From NCBI GenBank assembly GCA_001600695.1, contig BCKQ01000005.1:717543-781542 (forward strand): a stretch of DNA of 64,000 bases, written 5' to 3'. This DNA is from Ascoidea asiatica JCM 7603. Taxonomy: Eukaryota; Fungi; Ascomycota. Positions within the stretch are counted from its first letter, which is position 1; each line of letters starts with the position of its first letter. A program made the translations under genes and the position numbers. This document shows, one piece after another, positions 55,341 through 64,000 of the stretch. The notes under the pieces are model-generated. The model had not been told where the DNA came from. It made no database searches and saw only the letters and a program-made list of their open reading frames with translations.

Positions 55341-56927
55341 TTATTCCCATTCAACTGTAGCTGGTGGTTTAGATGTAATATCATAAACAACTCTTGAAAC
55401 TCCTTCAACTTCATTAACAATTCTTGATGCAACTTTTTTCAAAAATTTAGCTTCAAATATATACCAATCTGCTGTCATAAAATCTGTTGTTTCAATTGCT
55501 CTTAATGTTATAACTTGTGAATAAACTCTTTCATCTCCCATAACTCCAACTGATTTAACTGGTAATAATGCTGCAAAAGCTTGAGAAATTTCTTCATAAA
55601 TTCCTGCTTTTTTGATTTCTTCAATATAAATATGATCTGCTTTTCTTGCAATTTCAACTTGTGATCTGGTAACTTCTCCGAGTACTCTAATTGCAATTCC
55701 AGGTCCTGGAAATGGATGTCTCCAAACTAAATCATGTGGAATATTTAAAATCTCTCCTAATTTACGTACTTCATCTTTAAATAATTCTCTTAATGGTTCA
55801 ATCAATTTTAATTTCATATTTTCCAATAATCCTCCGACATTATGATGTGTTTTTATAGTTTGTGATGGTCCTTTGAATGAAATTGATTCAATAACATCTG
55901 GATATAATGTACCTTGTAATAAAAAATTGATTTCTTCTCCCTCATGTTTTGGTTTAATATCTTTTGCAACTCTTTCAAATACATGAATAAATGTATTACC
56001 GATAATTTTTCTTTTTTTTTCAGGTTCTGTTACTCCTTTTAATTTATCTAAAAATTCATCAGATGCATCAATAACTGTTAAATTAATACCTAAACCTTCT
56101 GATAAATTTTTTTTAACATCTCTAGCTTCATTTAATCTTAAAACACCATTATCAACTAAAATTGCATGAAATCTATCTCCTATAGCTTCAGTCATTAATT
56201 TGGCTGCAACTGTTGAATCAACACCTCCTGAAACTGCTCCAATAACTTCTGCTGTTGGTCCAACTAGTTTTCTAATTCTTGTGATTTCTGTATCAATGAA
56301 ATTTTTCATTGTCCAATTTGATTTTGTTTTACAAATTTTAATTGCAAAATTTCTTAAAAGTTCTTTACCTTTGATAGAATGTGTGACTTCTGGATGAAAT
56401 TGTAATCCATAAATTGGTTTAAATTCATGTGCCATAGCTGCAAATGGTGAATTTTCAGAATTTGCAACAATTTTAAAATCTTTTGGTAATCCAGTTAATT
56501 TATCATGATGTGACATCCAAACTTGAGAATTATCAACTCCTTCAAATAATGGACAATTTTTATCGGTTACATGAATTAGAGCTGGTCCATATTCTCTTCT
56601 ATCACCTCTTGCAACTTCAGTATTATTAACATATGCAATTTCTTGCATTCCATAACAAATACCTAAAATTGGAACATCTAATTTGAAAACATCTAAATCA
56701 ACATGAGGTGCATCTTTTGCAAAAACTGAAAATGGACTTCCAGAAAGAATAATACCTTTTGGTTTCCATTTTAAATCTTTAATCTTTTGTGTACATGGTA
56801 ACATTTCAGCATAAACATTAAATTCTCTAAGACGTCTTGTAATTAAATGACTATATTGAGATCCAAAATCTAAAACTAAAATAGTTTCAAAAATGGCTGA
56901 AACTTCTTCAACTTCTGGAGTAGACAT
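55341..56927 (-). CDS. GUA1: GMP synthase (glutamine-hydrolysing)
   Basis: [54 protein letters not shown]. Confidence 0.99.
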   Translation of the reverse strand: MSTPEVEEVSAIFETILVLDFGSQYSHLITRRLREFNVYAEMLPCTQKIKDLKWKPKGIILSGSPFSVFAKDAPHVDLDVFKLDVPILGICYGMQEIAYVNNTEVARGDRREYGPALIHVTDKNCPLFEGVDNSQVWMSHHDKLTGLPKDFKIVANSENSPFAAMAHEFKPIYGLQFHPEVTHSIKGKELLRNFAIKICKTKSNWTMKNFIDTEITRIRKLVGPTAEVIGAVSGGVDSTVAAKLMTEAIGDRFHAILVDNGVLRLNEARDVKKNLSEGLGINLTVIDASDEFLDKLKGVTEPEKKRKIIGNTFIHVFERVAKDIKPKHEGEEINFLLQGTLYPDVIESISFKGPSQTIKTHHNVGGLLENMKLKLIEPLRELFKDEVRKLGEILNIPHDLVWRHPFPGPGIAIRVLGEVTRSQVEIARKADHIYIEEIKKAGIYEEISQAFAALLPVKSVGVMGDERVYSQVITLRAIETTDFMTADWYIFEAKFLKKVASRIVNEVEGVSRVVYDITSKPPATVEWE

Positions 56928-57107
56928 TTTTTTTTCTTTGAATATAATTTTGAAGCTGTTAGATTATGAGAATAATGAGAAATATGATAAAAATAATAGA
57001 AATAGATAAAATCGAAAAGGAAAAGCAAATGCTTGATTTAAAAACAGTTGCTTCCAATTCAATTTTAATCCAAAACTCATAATATAATAATTAAAGGTCA
57101 AATAAAT

Positions 57108-57122
57108 AAAATTTTTCTCATC
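57108..57122 (-). promoter_or_regulatory. Overlapping PAC/RRPE-like element upstream of GUA1
   Basis: Minus strand reads GATGAGAAAAATTTT. Confidence 0.45.
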
Positions 57123-57533
57123 CATATCCCATTTCCGAAACTTTCAGTTTTTTCAGTCATACAATGATCATGTGCACTTATTTTTTTTAACAAAATTTTA
57201 TCGGAAAATTTCAGAAAAATCATGTACAGCACTGCACATTCACAAACTTTAAGTCTGAGATAGTTAGAAATACACCAATAATAAAAATAGAACTCTTAAG
57301 TTGATTTACACAAGCTCATCACCTTGTTTGATAAAGTAGTTAGAAGATAATCTGTAAAATAAAAAGAAATAGAAAATGTCTAATGATTGTCCTATTATTA
57401 TAAAACATAATGCAAAAAAAAGAGATTGAAAAGAATAACTGAACAAAGAAAAAAGTTTGCCAAAATTACAAAAAAAAATACCACATCTAATTTTTTAAAA
57501 AAAAAATCAAACCAATTTTAATGATATACAATC

Positions 57534-60500
57534 CTAATCACTATCAGTATCTGGATTAGCTATAAACAATTTCACCTCTCCGTTGTCAATATCATCCAGT
57601 TCCACACTATTGAACCTACTCATAACTGGACTATCAAATGTCGGAGCTATACTCTCTGAGTTATGTCTGCTATGTCCCACGTTTGTAGAAGAATCAGTCA
57701 TAACCTTCGATATAGGACTTTTAGAAGGATCTTTCAGTATATCTTCTCCTAAAGTTTCCTTCAAAGCTAAAATGTATTGAGTTTCTCTACTGAGTTCAGA
57801 AGTTTGACGTTTATGCTGTATTGGAGAATTTGCTAAAACATCCTCTTCTAAAATCTCATCTGCCAATAATTTAGGCTTTAATGATAAATGCTTTAAATCT
57901 CTACCTTGAAATCTAGAATCAACAGTAATTGGAAGAGATTTTTTTAATTTTCCAGAAGTTTTTATACCTAAAGGAAGTCCCCACTTTTTATGAGAAACTT
58001 TTGAATTCGAAGTACCTACTTTTATTCTAAGATTTTCAACATATTCAGATTTTTTTCCTTTATATCCAGGTTCAATATCAACATTATTAGTATTATTATT
58101 AAGCATGGGTATAGATTTTCCATTATCTTCACTTCCCTCAGGTAATATAAAAGTGGAGCCTGACATTGATCTCATGGTTCTAGATGTTGCTTGAGGAAAA
58201 CTAGGAGGGGCCCTTCTTGTAAGTACTTTTTGGGGCTTTGTAACATAAACGGTAGGAGATGTTTTTAGTCCTTCTTCTCTTCTATCATAGGAGAATCCTT
58301 TACTCTTTGACACAAGTAAATCATTTAATGCATTTTGACTTGGGTGTTTCGAAGATAATTTATCTAAACTCATATTCCTATTATTAGAAATAAGTGGAAT
58401 TTTTTGAGATTCATTATTAAAATTTGTAGTATCTGTAGTAGTTTTACTTTCATTATCATCTTCATCATCTGTAACATTATTCATAACTACCATTTTTCTT
58501 GTCTCTTCTATAACTGGATAATTTGCATTTGTGGAGAAATTAAGTTTACCATCATCATCAGACGTTTCAAAAGAATATCTTCTATCATCAGAATCTGTAA
58601 TCAGATAATTTTTAGATGAATTATTTGAAAATGTTTTTTCAAGTATAGGAGAATGTTTATTATTAATGGATTGATCAGTTTCATGAATTATATCTTTATT
58701 TAAATCATCATTTGGTTTTGGATATTCATCATCTTCATCATCAGAAAATACAAAGGGATTTGATATATTACTTAAACCATCATCAGTATTTTCATCAACA
58801 GGAAGATGTCTTAAATTAGAAGATGAATTCAGTTGTGGTATATAAGTATCGGTAGTTATATTTGAAGTTTGACCAATGGAATATTGTCTTGGTCTATCTA
58901 CTGGTGAAACTAATTTAGATGTATCAGATGTTATACTTTTTTGATCTCTCATAATTAATTTATTAAATTCTTGAGATTTTGGAGAATAACAAATAAAAGA
59001 AGATTTTGCAGAATACAGTTCAGATCCTGGGGAAGAATTTGAATCGGAGATTATTTTTAAATTTTTTGATTTATTTATATTTGAATTTTCAATTGTATTA
59101 TTATTATCATTATCATTTATAATTTCTTTTTCACTTATTAAGACTTTATTATTAATATTTGAATTACTTTTAATTGAATTCGAATCTGAGGTTTGAGTTA
59201 ATATTGGAGCACTTTGTAGTTGGGAATTGCTAAGATTTTTTTTTAATTCAATAGATTCTTTTAAGTTTTCAGTTGGAGTATCAATAACTAAAATTGGATT
59301 TTTGTTATTATTATTGTTATTATTATCAATGTTATTATTATTTTCATTAAAATGTTCAAATAAAGGAGAATTTATTTGATAATTTATTGGATCTTTTGAA
59401 GATAAAGCAGATTCTTGATAAATTAATCTTTTTGATTCTAATTCAAGAAATTTTTGATCTCTTCTAATTAATTCTTCAAGTTCTTCAGAAGACAGTTTAC
59501 TCATTTTTTTTGAAAGTATTGGAGAAGTATGCAAAGAATTTGTATCAATAGATTTTATATATTTTGAAGAATTTAAACTATTATTATCAATTATATTTGT
59601 ATTTTTATTTATATTTATTGGACTTATCGGACTAATTGTGTTTGAATTTGTATTTGAATTTGAATTTGAATTTGAAGATATTAAGAATTGATCTAATTGA
59701 TTATTTAAATGATTTATATCATCCATAGCAGTAGATTTATTATTATTATTATCATTAGGTATATTTTTAGTTTCAATATGTAATGGATATCTTATATTTT
59801 CTTCGGGAATGATATTATTTTCATTTATATTACTATTGATTAGAGATTTTTGATTATTTTCATGTGAAAAAGTATCAGTTGGAATAAAATTCGAGCTTAA
59901 ATTTGAATCAGGTAATAATGAAGGAGGAGGTTTTCTTCTCAAAGTTTTTCTTACTGTTGATGGACTTTTCATCAAAGTATTAGGAGTAGTTTCTTGTTGA
60001 GGTTGTAAAAATTGCATTTTTCGTGGAGATTGGGGTTGTTCTTGCTGGAGTTGTTGCTCCTGCTGCTGTTTTTGAGCTTGTGATTGTGATTGTGATTGCA
60101 ATTGTGACTGTGACTGTTGGTTAACATCCTGTATTTGGATATTTGGATCTTGTGATTTTTGATTAAACTCTTTAGATAAAGCAGGTAAGGAAAATAGATT
60201 TGCGGATAAATCTTTTGGTAGATCAGATCTTGATATAGAATTTCTCTTTTGTAATAATTGAGAAGATTTTTTTTCAGGATTCTTAGAAATAGTTCCAGAA
60301 GTTTTTTTAGGAGATTGTAATTTTAATTGTGGTTTTATTTCCGGTTTAATTTGAGATTTTGTTCTCGAGTTATTTATTGAACTTGAATTATTTACTGAAA
60401 TTGAATTAGAATTAGACTTGAAATTGGAATTGGAATTTGGAGATGAAGGTGAATTTGAAGTTGGAGTAGTAGAAGAATCAAAAAATGAACTTAATCTTTT

Positions 60501-60536
60501 TTTCCAATGAGAATTTGATCTATGATGAGAACTCAT
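57534..60536 (-). CDS. Large disordered protein, probably Nba1/Nis1-like (bud-neck Cdc42 regulator)
   Basis: 1000-aa Ser/Asn/Gln-rich ORF with RRKPPP, SEYVENLR, LKH..LKPKLLA.E and terminal LFIANPD motifs, recalled from the Nba1/Nis1 family. The assignment is tentative. Confidence 0.6.
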   Translation of the reverse strand: MSSHHRSNSHWKKRLSSFFDSSTTPTSNSPSSPNSNSNFKSNSNSISVNNSSSINNSRTKSQIKPEIKPQLKLQSPKKTSGTISKNPEKKSSQLLQKRNSISRSDLPKDLSANLFSLPALSKEFNQKSQDPNIQIQDVNQQSQSQLQSQSQSQAQKQQQEQQLQQEQPQSPRKMQFLQPQQETTPNTLMKSPSTVRKTLRRKPPPSLLPDSNLSSNFIPTDTFSHENNQKSLINSNINENNIIPEENIRYPLHIETKNIPNDNNNNKSTAMDDINHLNNQLDQFLISSNSNSNSNTNSNTISPISPININKNTNIIDNNSLNSSKYIKSIDTNSLHTSPILSKKMSKLSSEELEELIRRDQKFLELESKRLIYQESALSSKDPINYQINSPLFEHFNENNNNIDNNNNNNNKNPILVIDTPTENLKESIELKKNLSNSQLQSAPILTQTSDSNSIKSNSNINNKVLISEKEIINDNDNNNTIENSNINKSKNLKIISDSNSSPGSELYSAKSSFICYSPKSQEFNKLIMRDQKSITSDTSKLVSPVDRPRQYSIGQTSNITTDTYIPQLNSSSNLRHLPVDENTDDGLSNISNPFVFSDDEDDEYPKPNDDLNKDIIHETDQSINNKHSPILEKTFSNNSSKNYLITDSDDRRYSFETSDDDGKLNFSTNANYPVIEETRKMVVMNNVTDDEDDNESKTTTDTTNFNNESQKIPLISNNRNMSLDKLSSKHPSQNALNDLLVSKSKGFSYDRREEGLKTSPTVYVTKPQKVLTRRAPPSFPQATSRTMRSMSGSTFILPEGSEDNGKSIPMLNNNTNNVDIEPGYKGKKSEYVENLRIKVGTSNSKVSHKKWGLPLGIKTSGKLKKSLPITVDSRFQGRDLKHLSLKPKLLADEILEEDVLANSPIQHKRQTSELSRETQYILALKETLGEDILKDPSKSPISKVMTDSSTNVGHSRHNSESIAPTFDSPVMSRFNSVELDDIDNGEVKLFIANPDTDSD

Positions 60537-61754
60537 TTTCTAAATTGTTTCAAATTTGAGTTGAAATTGAAATCGAAATCGAATTAGAAAAATTGAATAT
60601 AAGTTTATATTAATACCAAGGCAATTACTTAAACATTTAAAATTATTCAACCGAGATTAAAAAGCCAACTTTTTGATTAGATTGATTGATTCAATTAAAT
60701 TTAGTATTAATACCAATCAATACCAGTGAATAATTATTGTTCTCCTTTCTTTATAACGTTAAGGTTATTTATAAATAGTTAAGCAGAGTAGAAGTTTGCT
60801 AGTATCGAGGGTACCAAACACATGGTAAAAAAGAGGAGCCGCACACTACATGTACCTGCAGAAAAAAAATTAAAATCCAAGCGGATATTAAGCGTGGAAA
60901 TAATTTCCGTTACCGGTTTTTTTTTTTTTTTTTTTTCATTAATATGTAACGATCCACATTTCTTGTAATTTTTACTTTTCGGCAAAGAAGGATACCGCCG
61001 TGTTGGATCCGTAATATCGGCTAAAGATGACTCTCTCAAAGAATGATTGAATATAAAAGATAAATATTGATCAAAAAAGAATTGAATGTTGACTGAATAT
61101 TTGCTGAATTAGAAATTGGTTTGAAAGATTTGCAATTACCGGTGGAAGTTAATCTAGGATCCATAAAGATAATACTTGTTTATTGTCTGTAATAAACTTT
61201 AAAATTCTTAATTGATAGTTCCAAGCCAGGAATATATTCTTGGTTATGTAAATAAAAAAAAAGGGAATATAAATACCAGCCTTTTAAATTTACAAAACAC
61301 GATTAGTTTGTCTCCTTCAAAGATTTGATCTTAGATGAACAAGATGAAAAATAAGAATAGGAATAAATCTTTATTGTATGATACTGGAAATGGTAGCGAA
61401 TAATAAATGTCTTAAACCCTAGATAAATTTGAGGAAAATGGTAAAATGAACAGAGTAAGATTAGTTCAACTGTTATCTACGTTATCTACAGCACTGTAAC
61501 GTTACAGAGCTAATTATAATTGAATGGCGTTATTTCAAAGCGTTAAACTGGTGGTTGAGAATTGGGTAAGTTTGCAAAACATGGTTTTACAAAAAAACAA
61601 AAAATGATGTAGCGCGTTTCACACCAGACCAAATCTAAAGAAAATTACTGCAAAGGCCACTGGGGGTAAGAAGCCGTGTTTGCGGAACTCCTTTGGCCTT
61701 GAACATTCCCGCTGCGAGGGGGCGGTGTGTGGCGGTGAGCGGAGGAGCGTGTGC

Positions 61755-61790
61755 TTTGGTATTTTTTGGTATTTTTTGGTATTTTTTGGT
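61755..61790. repeat. 10-bp tandem repeat (ATTTTTTGGT)x3 plus a partial copy
   Basis: Exact copies at 61761, 61771 and 61781. Confidence 0.9.
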
Positions 61791-62243
61791 AGTGCTGAGT
61801 TGGTTCCATTTTTTGATAAAACTCTGCTGCTCTTGCTGCTCTTGCTGCTGGGACACACCCCAACGTTACCAGATCCTGGTTTTACAGTAGTGCCTTGAGC
61901 TGAACTAGTGAAATCAGAATAGAACTGAGAAGCAAATTTGAATTGAGAAACAAAATGTGAATTTGAATGTGAATCTGAAGCACCTCCAACAAACAGTAAT
62001 TCCCAGTTACATTTGAATTCTTGATAAAGAATCACTGAAAGGCTTGAAGATATGTAAATCTTTCTTGTGAAAAAAAAAGCCATTTCTTATTTAAAAATTG
62101 AAAAAATGGATTCTCAAAAAGAATTTTGAAGGGTTAAAAAACTAAAATGAATAAAGAAATTTGTAAAGATTGGGAAATATTTACAAAATTTTGAAAAATT
62201 GTAAGGTTCAGTAATGAAATGTGAATAAAAATCAAAATGATCT

Positions 62244-62299
62244 AAAATATCCAAATTATCAAAAATATTCAAAAGTATTCAAAAATATTCAAAATATCC
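62244..62299. repeat. Imperfect 9-10-bp tandem repeat (AAAAATATTC-like)
   Basis: AAAAATATTC AAAAGTATTC AAAAATATTC at 62261-62290 with AAAATATCC flanks. Confidence 0.75.
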
Positions 62300-63253
62300 T
62301 AAAGAAAATTGAAATAAAGTGAAATCAATAATAAATGATCCCAATCAAATAACAAGTCAATTTCTAATTATTATTTCATAATTATTTTCATTTGAAATTG
62401 GAATTCATCTTTCTCTATTCATATTTCTTCAAAAGATAATTAAATAATGAATTTAGAAATTATATAAAACTAAAAGTTGAATACGATATAATTCTTTACC
62501 AATTAGGATATTTCTTTTTATCTAATAAAATAAAATAAACCATTGAGTTACACAATTTCATTTAATCGTTGTTTCTGATTTTATTTATATTTATAATCTC
62601 TTATATTTATTTATAATTATTTTGCGGTTTCAATTCACTTTAATTCACCTTAGTTTCGATCTAAACTTACAATTTTTCATAAAATAATATAAATTATATA
62701 ACTTATATAACTTATAAAACTTATAAATTATTAAATAATATATTATAATCCTTCGTGATTCAAATTAATTACATTCTGTCGAGATACTTTACAATTTCAA
62801 TTTCAATTTCAATATTAATCTAATAACTATTGTAATTATATTTCATAAGTAAATTAGTTTCTTTTATTCTTCTCCGTAAACAAACAAACCTCTTTTGTTA
62901 TTATGGAAATTTCACATTCGTACTAAAATACCAGATAAATCTGATTTTTCAATATTTTTTGAATATATCATATTATTACTACTATTAACATTTATACTTT
63001 TTTCATTTTCGCATCTTTATTTACTTTTATATTTACATTTATTTAAAATTTTATATTTATTTAAATCAATTCCTTAATCTTATTTCTTTTAATTCTTTTT
63101 TTCCTCTTTTCCTCTTTTCTTTCTTCTCTCTCTTTTTTTTCCTTTTTGGTTCCTGATTAATTTCAAGATTTTGATATTTAAATGTCAACAATCTTGTAAA
63201 TTCATTTCTTTATTAAATAATTAAGAGTTTCTTCTCTTCAATTGCTTTTATAC

Positions 63254-63283
63254 ATTATATTATATTATATTATATTATATTAT
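63254..63283. repeat. (ATTAT)6 pentanucleotide microsatellite
   Basis: Six exact copies. Confidence 0.85.
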
Positions 63284-63589
63284 AAATTATACTCGTTATT
63301 TTATATTTAAAATATATATACTACCATATAATATTCTATTTTTTTTTTCCCTCTGCTTTTTTTGTAATATTATTCATTCATTTAAATAACATTAATCAAT
63401 ATATTCAATATTTACAAATTGTATCATATAATAATAAAATCATATAAACATATCATCATACCAAAATAAGTTAATCATTTCAGTTATATCAATCATATTC
63501 ATCAATTCATTAATTCATTAATTCATTAGTTCTTTTGCTTTTTCTTCGTTTTTTTATCTCATTTCTTTCAATTGCATTTTCAAATAATA

Positions 63590-63791
63590 ATGAGTACTTC
63601 AACTCATATATCTCCAAATACAACCACAAATTCAAATTCATATATTAAGAATATAAATGATAACAACAATAATAATATAAATAATATAAATAAAGATTCT
63701 AATTTAATACAGAAATCTAAAATTCAATCTCAAAATCAATTAAATATTAAAAGAAAAGCTTTAAGTACGGTCTCAAATATAAATATTAATG

Positions 63792-63843
<52 letters not shown>

Positions 63844-64000
63844 TAATCAAATTAGTAATAAAATAAAGAATGTTATAAATGAAGATGAAAATTTTATTAT
63901 AGATAATTCAAAAACTAAATTAACTAAAAATTCTCATCAAATTCATGTTTATAATGATCAACATAAACTTTCTCTATTAAAGAATTCATTAATTAAGAAT
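63590..64000 (+). CDS. 5' part of a probable B-type cyclin (Clb3/Clb4-like); continues beyond the right edge
   Basis: ATG 63590, open to the window end. D-box RKALSTVSN at 63752-63778, ABBA-like IHVYND at 63941-63958, poly-Asn at 63794-63847. CLB4 lies next to HRD3-SEC13-PNP1 in S. cerevisiae. The cyclin box is not in the window. Confidence 0.6.

Noticed and set aside
16744-56927. PRM15, PNP1 and GUA1 as a purine/ribose-salvage gene cluster
   Set aside because: They are about 17-19 kb apart and separated by unrelated genes; PNP1's position follows ancestral synteny.
61619-62083. 154-aa and overlapping 65-73-aa ORFs
   Set aside because: Several frames are open at once because the block is GC-rich and repetitive; translations are repeat-derived.

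Overview
Very AT-rich, gene-dense budding-yeast (Saccharomycotina) chromosomal DNA with about 31 protein-coding genes. I found no tRNA, rRNA, transposon or CRISPR element. Gene order keeps much of the ancestral yeast synteny: HMX1-QRI5, CDC36-FAP7, SEC6-YOS1-PTP3-YIL067C-like, SEC13-HRD3-PNP1, TDA2-VTC1, and a probable CLB3/4 at the right edge. The ORF track misses or mis-starts several genes: MDN1 and the cyclin run off the window, and 9 genes carry 12 introns reconstructed by hand (PRM15, YOS1, SEC13, HRD3, PNP1, RPS24, RPS13, SWS2, TDA2). Main observations: (1) a DGAT1/Dga2-type MBOAT whose catalytic His is replaced by Gln, a candidate pseudo-enzyme; (2) 5 of 12 introns need AAG acceptors and many branch points are degenerate; (3) a perfect 13-bp long-range stem with a competing hairpin in the RPS13 intron; (4) an uncharacterised gene between two ribosomal-protein genes; (5) Tbf1-type ribosomal-protein promoters and several motif clusters or phased A-tract arrays in the long intergenic regions. 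All homology calls come from motif recognition and recall; no searches were run.
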